From the NCBI GenBank assembly GCA_964248365.1, contig CAXTYC010000017.1, forward strand, positions 47,664 to 111,663: a DNA stretch of 64,000 nt. The letters run 5' to 3'. The notes under the pieces are model-generated. The model was not told where the DNA came from. It saw only the letters and a list, made by a program, of their open reading frames with translations, and did no database searches. Shown in pieces: positions 10,262-19,030 of the stretch. Each line of letters begins with the position of its first letter. Positions within the stretch are counted from its first letter, which is position 1. The translations under genes and the position numbers were made by a program. Origin of the DNA: an uncultured Chroococcidiopsis sp. (lineage in GTDB: Bacteria; Cyanobacteriota; Cyanobacteriia; Cyanobacteriales; Chroococcidiopsidaceae).

Positions 10262-10724
10262 TTGAGTACCCTACCTGTTTTTTTCCAATCTCACCAGTGC
10301 CGACATTTTAGCCTTTGTTGCACACAACCACAAATAAGATCAAAAGTCATTCGTAGCTCAGCAATGCCCACAGGGGTAAAAATAATTGCAAAAATATCGA
10401 AATTTTTTAGGTTTAAGCCAACGGGATGAATTAGTTTTGTTGTACAATAGTTTTACTTAATAATGGAAATCTATGCGCTTTTGAAAATTTGGCACAGATT
10501 TCCATTATGAAATAAGCATATCAGAAAACTCCCTGCATATCAACCCACATCTTGCCTTTTTGTCCTGACTTTTAGCTATTTTTAATGGCGTTGCACAATT
10601 AAGAGATAATATTGTTTGTTTTTCTTTGCGGCTACTCGTTTGATGCGTCGAGACGCAACACCTTTTTAATTGAATAAATTCGGGCATAATTTCTTTGTTT
10701 TTTACGGTGGGCATGGGTGGCGTA

Positions 10725-11867
10725 CTACTCCCGCAGAATTCCCATACCAGCTTCTCTTTCGATATAATCTGCTAAATTGATAAAATCATCGCGGGGATGA
10801 CATTTCCCCCCAATCAATTGAAATGCTAACTCGCTTGATGGGTTTTCAGGATTTTCTAGAATATGAATGCCCCAGTAATAAAGTTGATCTGAGGTGCGAA
10901 TACAGACTTTTTCTGGATCTATACAGTGAAACTTATCATCAGTTTGACTGATTTCTTTGTATGTATCTAAGAAAGCATTTCTTAGCAGCTTTAGACGTTT
11001 TATACCTGGAACTTTAAAATTATTTACCAGAACAAATAAGTGAGCAGTTTTATTGATTTCCCTGATTTTTTTTACAGTGTCTTGAATTACGATACCATGT
11101 TTGTTTATTCCTAAAGGATTTAAAGTAGTAGGGATAACGCAATAATCAAATCGCTCAACTAGTTCTTTAGGATTGCGCTCAAGTGCAGGTGAACAATCAC
11201 AAATTACTATTTTGCAATCACGGGCAGCATTTTCATCCCAGTCTCTGGCATCATATACTTCGATAGTTGTACCAACACCTTGCTTTTTGGGAACGTAAAC
11301 ACCATCACCTACAAGTTTTTGTAAATTTTGTTCTGGATCTAAATCTACAATAGCAACATTGAATCCTTGCAGAGCAAATGCACCTGCTAAATGTGCTGAT
11401 ACTGTTGTTTTACCTACACCACCTTTGCAAGTAAAAACGCCGAAATATATCTTTTCTTTCGGGGGTTGGGGTGATGGCTCATCTGATTCACCGTTAACCC
11501 AAATAATCTCGTTTTCGCCAGCGACTCCACAACGGATATTAGTATCTTTACCCCAGGATTTGATTAAAGCACGGGCTGAGCCGCTGTAATCTTTTGTTGT
11601 AACAAAAATACCATAATTAAACTGTTGCCCTGCTTTGGAATCTAAAAAATCAACAAACTTTAAAATTTGTGGTGCTGCTACATTGTTTTTTAGCCATTTT
11701 ACCTGAACAGCAGCAACTACATCTCCTTTGCTGACAACTAAATCATAGCCTGCCTGATTTTGTTGAGGAGTTACAACAGTCCAACCGTGTCTATGGAAAA
11801 TTCTTGCTACGTGCTGCTCGAAGTGGGTAAAGTCTTGTATGTAGGGTGGCTCTAAGGATGAGGACAT
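10725..11867 (-). CDS. Fusion of an Mrr-type (PD-(D/E)xK) restriction endonuclease domain and a ParA/Soj-family ATPase
   Basis: N-terminus FEQHVARIF...GYDLVVSK...AVQVKW...GIFVTT (Mrr_cat pattern); C-terminus KGGVGKTT (deviant Walker A), VDLDPEQNL, ICDCSPAL. The ATG at 11867 is preferred because the track's start lies inside a repeat. Confidence 0.82.
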   Translation of the reverse strand: MSSSLEPPYIQDFTHFEQHVARIFHRHGWTVVTPQQNQAGYDLVVSKGDVVAAVQVKWLKNNVAAPQILKFVDFLDSKAGQQFNYGIFVTTKDYSGSARALIKSWGKDTNIRCGVAGENEIIWVNGESDEPSPQPPKEKIYFGVFTCKGGVGKTTVSAHLAGAFALQGFNVAIVDLDPEQNLQKLVGDGVYVPKKQGVGTTIEVYDARDWDENAARDCKIVICDCSPALERNPKELVERFDYCVIPTTLNPLGINKHGIVIQDTVKKIREINKTAHLFVLVNNFKVPGIKRLKLLRNAFLDTYKEISQTDDKFHCIDPEKVCIRTSDQLYYWGIHILENPENPSSELAFQLIGGKCHPRDDFINLADYIEREAGMGILRE

Positions 11868-11890
11868 AGATAGCAACCATTTTCCCAGGA

Positions 11891-12053
11891 GTGGGGGTGG
11901 GTTTAACAGACATATCTGTGAGAAAACAGACAATCTTGAAAAACTGACTCCTACTTATTAAAACCCTTATTTGATCTGATGTCTACAGGTGGGGGGCGGG
12001 TTTAACAGACATATCTGTGAGAAAACAGACAATCTTGAAAAACTTGCCCCTAC
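11891..12053. repeat. Two direct copies of a ~64-bp REP/MITE-like unit (47-bp identical core, 99-bp period)
   Basis: GGGTTTAACAGACATATCTGTGAGAAAACAGACAATCTTGAAAAACT at 11899-11945 and 11998-12044; both units end in CCTAC. Confidence 0.92.
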
Positions 12054-12383
12054 GGATTTTGGTTTTCTCCGTCTCGTCGCAGTAGATAGGAAAATAAATT
12101 TTCCAACCTTTCCACAGCAGCATTGAGACTTACTAAGTTTGCATCTGTCCTTGTTTTGTATTCCTCAAATTCTTGTCTTCTTTCTTCGGCATCTTCGCGC
12201 AGAATCTCAACTGCTCTCTCGAGTTCTACCGGAAGCTTCAGCCAAAACATTTACTGAAGCTCTAACTTCTGCAATGGCGTTGCTGTTAGCTTCAATTGCT
12301 TTAGCGTTTGAATCTATTCTGTAAGAAAGTGCTTTTACTAATGCTTCAATTCTGTCTAAACGGTCAGAGTTATAATTGGTCAT
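12050..12383 (-). pseudogene. Frameshifted coiled-coil hypothetical gene
   Basis: ATG at 12383 gives MTNYNSDRLDRIEALVKALSYRIDSNAKAIEANSNAIAEVRASVNVLAEASGRTRESS* (stop 12207-12209). The coiled-coil continues in another frame (AVEILREDAEERRQEFEEY...) across a GAGAGAG run at 12214-12220. Confidence 0.6.
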
Positions 12384-12620
12384 TGGCTGTTGGAATGAGT
12401 AGATTTACACTAATTTTAAATGTTAGAGCTATGAGTGCGATCGCACCAGACAAAAAGGCGATCAAATAAGTGCGATCGCCTTTGCATATAGTCTGGTAAG
12501 TTAAACCCTTAGATAGGCATAGCTTAACTTTACAAATGGGTAGCAATTGCATCGTGACTTAACTGCTATAACAGGGAAAACTAAAGTTATAGCAATTATT
12601 ATCCGCCCCAGGAGATATGT

Positions 12621-14300
12621 ATGAGTCGCGTGAACATTCATGGTGCTGAGTATCCAATTGGTAAAGTATTTAGCGATGAATTTGTCTTCACTATTCCTCT
12701 TTATCAACGTCCCTATGCTTGGAGTACTGAGCAAGCTGGGGAAATGCTTGAAGACTTTTTATCATTTTTGTCAGATAATAACGACTCGGTAGAGGAAATC
12801 AATCCCTACTTTCTAGGTAGCATAGTGCTGATCAAAGCAGATAAACCAGATGCTCAAGTCGTAGATGGACAGCAACGTTTAACTACCTTGACTATCCTGC
12901 TAGCAGCTTTACGAGCATCAGTACCTATTGAACACACAAACGATTTAACTACATATCTTTACCAAAAAGGCAGTTCGATTGCTGGTACTCCTAACCGTTA
13001 TCGTTTGACTTTACGTGAGCGAGATGCACAATTTTTTCAGCAATACATTCAGGATGAAGTAGGTATTAATCAGCTAGAAAATTTAAACTCTGCCCAGCTT
13101 TCCGATAGTCAGCAAAACATGAAAGATAATGCTCTCTTATTCCTCAAGCGCTTGCAAGAAATTTCTGAATTAGAACGACTTCGCCTTGCACAGTTCATTG
13201 TTAATCGGTGTTTCTTAGTAGTAGTTTCTACTCCTGATTTTGAGTCGGCATATAGAATATTTTCTGTGCTGAACGACAGAGGTTTGAATCTATCTCATAC
13301 TGACATTCTTAAAGCTGAAATAATCGGTCAAATACCTAGTCAGCAACAGGAAAAATACAGCGTTAAGTGGGAATATATCGAGGAGAAACTGGGACGCGAG
13401 ATGTTCCAAGATCTCTTTACTCACATCAGAATGATTTATCGCAAGGCGAAACCCCGTGAAAGCGTACTCAAAGAATTTCGTCAATATGTTCGACCTACTG
13501 ATAATCCTCCTCAGTTTATAGATGAAACTTTACGTCCTCTTGCTGATGCCTTTTTTGATATTAAAAATGCCACCTATCAAAGCGCTAAGTATGCAGATGA
13601 AATTAATAAAATATTTAGGTGGTTAAATAGGATAGATAATTTTGATTGGGTTCCTGCCGCCATTCTTTATCTATCACAAAATTACAACAAAAATGAAAAT
13701 TTATTGCGTTTCTTTTACGATCTGGAACGCCTCACCGCAGGTTTATTTATTCGTCGAACCGATCTTAATGGACGAGTTGAACGTTATAGCAAACTGCTAA
13801 CTGCTATTGAATGTGGGGAAGACTTATACAAAACAGATTCACCTCTCCAACTTACGCCGAAAGAGCAAAATGATATCCTGCAAAACCTGAATGCCGATTT
13901 CTTAATTCTGAAAATTCGCCGCTATGTCTTGCTACGTCTAGATACTGCACTCTCTGAGGGTGAAGCGATGTACAACTTCCCTATCATTACTGTCGAACAC
14001 GTCCTACCGCAACACCCAGCTCATAATAGTGTTTGGATCAGGTGGTTTCCTGACAAGGAAAAACGGGAAAAATATGTACATTGTTTAGGAAACCTACTTT
14101 TACTTTCTAAGGCGAAAAACAACCAAGCGCAAAACTATGACTTTGATGAGAAAAAGCGCCAGTATTTTACCACCGCTAAAGGTGTTTCCTCGTTTGCGCT
14201 GACTACCCAAGTGCTGCGGGAACAAAAATGGACACCTGAAGTAATCGAACGACGACAGAAGGAATTAATAGGTGTTCTTAAACAAGTTTGGCGTTTATAA
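12621..14300 (+). CDS. GmrSD-like type IV restriction protein (DUF262 + DUF1524/HNH)
   Basis: IPLYQRPYAWS, YFLGSIVL, VVDGQQRLTT, FSVLNDRGLNLS (DUF262); TVEHVLPQ...LGNLLLLSKAKN (HNH-type DUF1524). Confidence 0.9.
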   Translation: MSRVNIHGAEYPIGKVFSDEFVFTIPLYQRPYAWSTEQAGEMLEDFLSFLSDNNDSVEEINPYFLGSIVLIKADKPDAQVVDGQQRLTTLTILLAALRASVPIEHTNDLTTYLYQKGSSIAGTPNRYRLTLRERDAQFFQQYIQDEVGINQLENLNSAQLSDSQQNMKDNALLFLKRLQEISELERLRLAQFIVNRCFLVVVSTPDFESAYRIFSVLNDRGLNLSHTDILKAEIIGQIPSQQQEKYSVKWEYIEEKLGREMFQDLFTHIRMIYRKAKPRESVLKEFRQYVRPTDNPPQFIDETLRPLADAFFDIKNATYQSAKYADEINKIFRWLNRIDNFDWVPAAILYLSQNYNKNENLLRFFYDLERLTAGLFIRRTDLNGRVERYSKLLTAIECGEDLYKTDSPLQLTPKEQNDILQNLNADFLILKIRRYVLLRLDTALSEGEAMYNFPIITVEHVLPQHPAHNSVWIRWFPDKEKREKYVHCLGNLLLLSKAKNNQAQNYDFDEKKRQYFTTAKGVSSFALTTQVLREQKWTPEVIERRQKELIGVLKQVWRL

Positions 14301-14384
14301 GTATGAGGCTGGCGTGATGTAATTAAACCACCAATTGAGATAAGAATAAGGAAAGCCATCTCTCATCTCACATAGCTAATCATC

Positions 14385-15809
14385 ATGACAGTTGAATACG
14401 ATTTAGTAGTCATTGGCGGTGGTTCGGCTGGTTTGCTGGCGGCTGCTGTAGCTGCTGCACTCAAAGCTAAGGTAGCATTGATAGAACGCGATCGCCTGGG
14501 TGGTGATTGTCTGTGGTATGGTTGCGTTCCGAGTAAATCTCTGATCCATGCTTCCCGCGTCGCTTACGAAGTAAAACACGCTGGTAGATTTGGTATATAT
14601 TGCAAAGATCCTGAAATTGATTTTGCTCTTGCGATCGGTCACGTTCAAAGTGTAATTTCCACAATTCAACCCCACGATTCACCAGAACGATTTGAAAAAT
14701 TGGGTGTAGAGGTAATTTTCGGAAATGGTAAATTTATAGATCGCAAAACTTTTGAAGTTAATAATCGCCAACTCAAAGCCCGATCTTTTATTATTTCCAC
14801 TGGTTCTAGACCTGCAAAACTTCCTATCCCAGGACTTGAAGAAGCAGGATATATTACTAATGAGGAAGTATTTTCTATTACCAAACGTCCTGATTCTCTA
14901 GCGATAATTGGCGGTGGACCAATTGGATGTGAATTAGGACAAGCGTTTTCTCGGCTAGGTTCAAATGTTACTATTATTGCTAGCCGCGATCGCCTCCTTT
15001 CCAAAGAAGATCCAGAAGCAGTTGAGGTAATACACAAACAATTTGCATCTGAGGGGATCAACTTTTTACTCAATACTAAAGTTGAGAGAGTAGAAGTTGT
15101 TGATGGTAAAAAATACGTTTATGCAGGCAAAGAGAAAATTGCTGCTGATGAAATTTTAGTTGCAGCTGGACGACAGCCCAATGTCGAATCCCTCAATTTA
15201 GACGCGGCTGGGGTGAAAATGGGTAAAAAGGGAATTGCAGTTAACAGCAAACTCCAAACATCAAATAAGCGCATTTATGCTTGTGGTGATGTAATCGGTG
15301 GCTACCAGTTTACCCATGTTGCTGGTTATCAAGCAAATGTAGCGCTGAAAAATGCCCTTTTCTTACCTATCTTCAAAGCTGACAATCGGGTGATTCCTTG
15401 GGCGACATTTACTGATCCTGAACTTGCGCGTGTCGGCTTAACCGAACAAGAAGCAAGAGAACGTTTTGGCAATGATATATATGTAGTAAAGCAGGAATTT
15501 GCAGACGTAGATCGCGCCCAAGCAGAAGCCGCAACAGAAGGATTTGCCAAAATTATCACCCGACGCAATGGTGAAATTCTCGGCGCACATCTAGTAGGTG
15601 CAGCAGCTGGGGAATTGATTCACGAAATCATTTTAGCAATGTCGCACAAATTGAAAATTTCTGCCCTGGGAGGGATTCACATTTATCCCACTTTGGCAGA
15701 AGTCAACAGTAAAGCAGCGTTTGCTTTGACAAGGCAGAACTATGAGAAAAACGACAAACTCCAGAACTTGTTAAAGAAGATATTTCCTCTCTTGCGGCGT
15801 TTGGGATAA
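14385..15809 (+). CDS. Pyridine nucleotide-disulfide oxidoreductase (Lpd/MerA-like family)
   Basis: GGGSAG FAD motif, GGDCLWYGCVPSK redox disulfide, GGGPIGCE, HIYPTLAE. Confidence 0.9.
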   Translation: MTVEYDLVVIGGGSAGLLAAAVAAALKAKVALIERDRLGGDCLWYGCVPSKSLIHASRVAYEVKHAGRFGIYCKDPEIDFALAIGHVQSVISTIQPHDSPERFEKLGVEVIFGNGKFIDRKTFEVNNRQLKARSFIISTGSRPAKLPIPGLEEAGYITNEEVFSITKRPDSLAIIGGGPIGCELGQAFSRLGSNVTIIASRDRLLSKEDPEAVEVIHKQFASEGINFLLNTKVERVEVVDGKKYVYAGKEKIAADEILVAAGRQPNVESLNLDAAGVKMGKKGIAVNSKLQTSNKRIYACGDVIGGYQFTHVAGYQANVALKNALFLPIFKADNRVIPWATFTDPELARVGLTEQEARERFGNDIYVVKQEFADVDRAQAEAATEGFAKIITRRNGEILGAHLVGAAAGELIHEIILAMSHKLKISALGGIHIYPTLAEVNSKAAFALTRQNYEKNDKLQNLLKKIFPLLRRLG

Positions 15810-15929
15810 CTTATACCATTTTAGATTTTAGAGCTATCGGTGGGCAATGCCCACCCTACTGAAATATTCGGGCAAGAAGTCGAGTTTTGTTAAGCTAGAT
15901 CAGCTTTTTGAGGAGTGAAGTCAAGCGGT

Positions 15930-16766
15930 ATGCACTGGCTATTAACTGGACGGTTGAGCGTGGAAAATGTGACAGTGGCGATCGCAGATCTGCCAAAATC
16001 GTTACAAGGCACAAAGTTGGTGCAGTTGTCCGATTTTCATTATGATGGCTTGCGGCTATCAGAAGAAATGTTAGAATCTGCGATCGCCACCACTAATGAC
16101 GCTGAACCAGATTTAATTGTATTGACTGGCGACTATGTAACCGACGATCCTAGCCCAATTCATCAGCTAGTATTACGACTCAAACATTTGCAAAGTCGTC
16201 TAGGTGTCTATGCCATTTTAGGCAACCATGATATTTGTTATCCCAACTCCCAAGCCGAAATCACCAAAGCATTAAGCAGCATCGATATTCCTGTGCTGTG
16301 GAATGAAATCGCTTATCCTCTAGGAAAGGAATTACCTCTAGTAGGACTAGCTGATTATTGGTCACGCTCATTTAACATCAAACCAGTGATGAGCCAGCTT
16401 GACCCCAAAACACCGCGTATTGTATTATCCCATAATCCAGATACTGCTCAGGTGCTGAAACAATGGCGGGTAGATTTGCAACTATCTGGTCATACTCATG
16501 GCGGTCAGATTACACTGCCTGGAGGTGGTTCTGCTATTGAGTTATATAAAACTATCCGTCGCAACCTTCCCAAATCTATCCGCCGGAGGATGCCATTTAT
16601 GCAGAAAGACTGTGTTAAAGTGGTGCGACATTGGGAATGGGCGCAAGGTTTCCACCAGGTAGGCAACAACCAAATGTATGTCAATCGCGGCTTGGGTACT
16701 TATCTCCCAGGTCGCCTATTTTGTCCACCAGAAGTATCTGTAATTACTTTAGAGGCTAGAGGCTAG
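15930..16766 (+). CDS. Calcineurin-like metallophosphoesterase
   Basis: SDFH, LTGDYV, LGNHD, LSHNPD, SGHTHGGQ motifs. Confidence 0.92.
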   Translation: MHWLLTGRLSVENVTVAIADLPKSLQGTKLVQLSDFHYDGLRLSEEMLESAIATTNDAEPDLIVLTGDYVTDDPSPIHQLVLRLKHLQSRLGVYAILGNHDICYPNSQAEITKALSSIDIPVLWNEIAYPLGKELPLVGLADYWSRSFNIKPVMSQLDPKTPRIVLSHNPDTAQVLKQWRVDLQLSGHTHGGQITLPGGGSAIELYKTIRRNLPKSIRRRMPFMQKDCVKVVRHWEWAQGFHQVGNNQMYVNRGLGTYLPGRLFCPPEVSVITLEARG

Positions 16767-16894
16767 AGGAACTAAAGGGAAAAGGGAAAAGGGAAAAGCA
16801 TTCAGGAGTCAGGAGTTAGGAGTCAGTAGTTCTCCCCCTCTCCCACTCTCCCACTCTTCCTCTAGCCCCTAGCCCCCAGCCCCCAGCCCCTAGA

Positions 16895-17782
16895 TTAAGG
16901 TTCACTTGGCTCTAATGGTCTACCTTTAGGCGTTGGTAATACGGGGCGGCGATCGCCATAGGGCATCGGAATATACTGCACACTAGGACGACCTCCTTGT
17001 GGTTGTGGGTAAAACTCCATTAGGTCGTAGATCGATCTAGGTAGCCCCACAGTAATCGGTAGCCCCATTTCTGATGCTTCCTCAACCGTGATCGGATAGT
17101 CATGGGTAACTCGTCCGGTCGTTAGCGCTTCGATAATATTTTCAATATTTTCGGGCTTAATTTTCTGTTGTGGAATATTGTCTTTCAACAGCGTCCGCAC
17201 AAACCGCTGTACCTGTGCAATTGCTTTACGCGACAAGTCTGCCATGATCAGCGTTTGATCGTCAATTTCACTGATTGGTTTTTCTTCAACGACTTTCAAG
17301 ATACTAGCGGCGGGGAAGTTACCCAACTGCGGATCGACTGGTCCTAAAACAGCGTTGGCATCCATGACAATTTCATCCGATGCGAGTGCCAACATCGTAC
17401 CGCCGCTCATGGCGTAGTGTGGTACATAGACGGTAACTTTTGCCGGATGGCGGATCAATGCTCTAGCGATTTGCTCGGTTGCTAGTACCAAACCACCTGG
17501 CGTATGCAAAATTAAATCAATCGGGACATCTGGTGGAGTGAGGCGAATTGCTCTTAGTACCTGTTCCGAGTCTTCAATTGTGATATAGCGTGATATGGGA
17601 ATTCCCAATAAACTGATAGATTCTTGACGATGAATCAGCAAAATCACGCGGCTATTGCGTCCTCGCTCAAATTCTTGGATAGCTCTAACTCGGCGAAATT
17701 CTATTTGGCGGCGTTGCCATATGGGTTGGAGCGAAGAAAGAAAGAGAAAAACCCAGAAAAGATCAAAAAAGCCAAATCCCAT
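16895..17782 (-). CDS. ClpP-fold serine protease-like protein (SDH_sah/DUF114 family)
   Basis: LILHTPGGLVLA, HYAMSGGTMLALA, GPVDPQ, THDYPI. Confidence 0.85.
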   Translation of the reverse strand: MGFGFFDLFWVFLFLSSLQPIWQRRQIEFRRVRAIQEFERGRNSRVILLIHRQESISLLGIPISRYITIEDSEQVLRAIRLTPPDVPIDLILHTPGGLVLATEQIARALIRHPAKVTVYVPHYAMSGGTMLALASDEIVMDANAVLGPVDPQLGNFPAASILKVVEEKPISEIDDQTLIMADLSRKAIAQVQRFVRTLLKDNIPQQKIKPENIENIIEALTTGRVTHDYPITVEEASEMGLPITVGLPRSIYDLMEFYPQPQGGRPSVQYIPMPYGDRRPVLPTPKGRPLEPSEP

Positions 17783-17982
17783 GTTATTTATTGTCTATTA
17801 CATACAGGTTCTCCTTAATTGTTTCAATTTCTCCTCAAGAGAAAGTCTATCAAAAGAGTTAGGTGTAGTGTGCCAATCAGCACATTATAAACAAGAATTT
17901 GAGGCGGGGACTTCTATTTTTTGGTGACAAGGCTCAGCCTTGCCTTTGAGGGTTGGGAGGTTGAACCTCCCGTTATGGCACT

Positions 17983-18492
17983 CTAGTAACCACCGCGATC
18001 GCGTTCTAGGTCGTAAATCACTTTCTCAACATACCAATCAACTGACCGATTAGGATTTTTCAGTTTGGCTTGATACAAGAGTCGGTTTGCTGTATCACGC
18101 TCATCGTGTAGAAGTCGCAGCAGTTTCTTTTGAAGTTGACGGCTAGCCTGCTCAATCCGAATAGTACTTTGTTCGTCCAGGGAAGATTTGAAACTGGAAC
18201 GAGGCTTTGAACTGGACTTACCAGTATCCCCAGCTTTTTTTGCACTCAAAGCAATTGCAACACCGCCGCCTAATGCTGCTAAACCTAATATTGTGGTTGA
18301 GTCTATTTTTTCTGCCACATTTATAGTATCGTTATTAGAATCAGCAGTAAATTCTGTCAATAGCAACTGATGAGTGCTAGCTTGTTGCCACTCATTATTA
18401 GGGTGTTTCGATTCACTTGCAAAAGCACTGGTTGTTACCTGAGTGCTAAGAACAGCAGCTAGGGCAGCGCCTAAATGTAAAAATTTCAGCAT
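17983..18492 (-). CDS. Hypothetical protein: signal-like N-terminus, one TM segment and a cyanobacterial C-terminal helical domain
   Basis: MLKFLHLGAALAAVLS...; C-terminus LLRLLHDERDTANRLL...DWYVEKVIYDLERDR; GGAG upstream of the ATG at 18492. Confidence 0.7.
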   Translation of the reverse strand: MLKFLHLGAALAAVLSTQVTTSAFASESKHPNNEWQQASTHQLLLTEFTADSNNDTINVAEKIDSTTILGLAALGGGVAIALSAKKAGDTGKSSSKPRSSFKSSLDEQSTIRIEQASRQLQKKLLRLLHDERDTANRLLYQAKLKNPNRSVDWYVEKVIYDLERDRGGY

Positions 18493-18684
18493 TGCTACGT
18501 CAGCAACTCCTTGATGCTGGCTTGGTAATAAAAGATCTGTTGAGCCTTGGGTTAATTTTCTGATGCGATCGCTATTTCCAAACAGCAAATACCAATACAA
18601 GAGAGCAAATACACAACAGCTTTGCCCAGAAGACGATTTTGTTTGGACAGTAGCTCATCTATATCTACTTCACATCTTGCATTT

Positions 18685-18806
18685 ACCCGCCTGGAATTTA
18701 AATTCCAGGCTGATAGCACAAGTCCACTACAAGTGGACTGGATATGTCTTAGCAGTTAGTAAAACTAACGAGCGGCTATCAGCCTTGAACTTCAGTTCAA
18801 AGCGGA
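18685..18806. repeat. Multi-hairpin dispersed repeat (paired inverted units); related copy at 59528-59583
   Basis: GCCTGGAATTTAAATTCCAGGC, AGTCCACTACAAGTGGACT, GCTATCAGCCTTGAACTTCAGTTCAAAGCGG; at 59.5 kb AGTCCTCTTGAGAGGACT-TTCGCTATTA-GCCCGCAAATTAATTTGCGGGCGGGT. Confidence 0.7.
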
Positions 18807-19030
18807 ATTTATAGCAGGTGCAAGATTTAAATCTACGCTACATTCGTCATCAACTTCTAAACTCTTCGATATTTCTAGTTTGGACTATAAATATGACACA
18901 AATGTGTCAGTTGTATTGTCTAAATGTGTTGTTTTACTAGTGTGAATACAAATTATTTGTAAGGTGGGCATGGGTGGCATACTTACAATTGCTATGTAGG
19001 TGGGCATTGCCCACCCTACTAAAATCTCTT

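Noticed and set aside
10346..10380. tRNA-like GTAGCTCAG motif
   Set aside because: No acceptor stem, anticodon arm or TTCGA T-loop follows.
10725..11867. Plasmid or chromosome partition locus (parAB)
   Set aside because: No canonical HTH-containing ParB or replication gene, the ATPase is fused to a nuclease domain, and the flanks are chromosomal housekeeping genes.
11891..12053. Repeat-34 nt-repeat arrangement as a mini CRISPR array
   Set aside because: Only two units, each about 64 bp with REP-like ends, and no cas genes in the window.
14385..15809. Mercuric reductase merA
   Set aside because: No C-terminal Cys-Cys pair, no N-terminal HMA domain and no mer operon genes.
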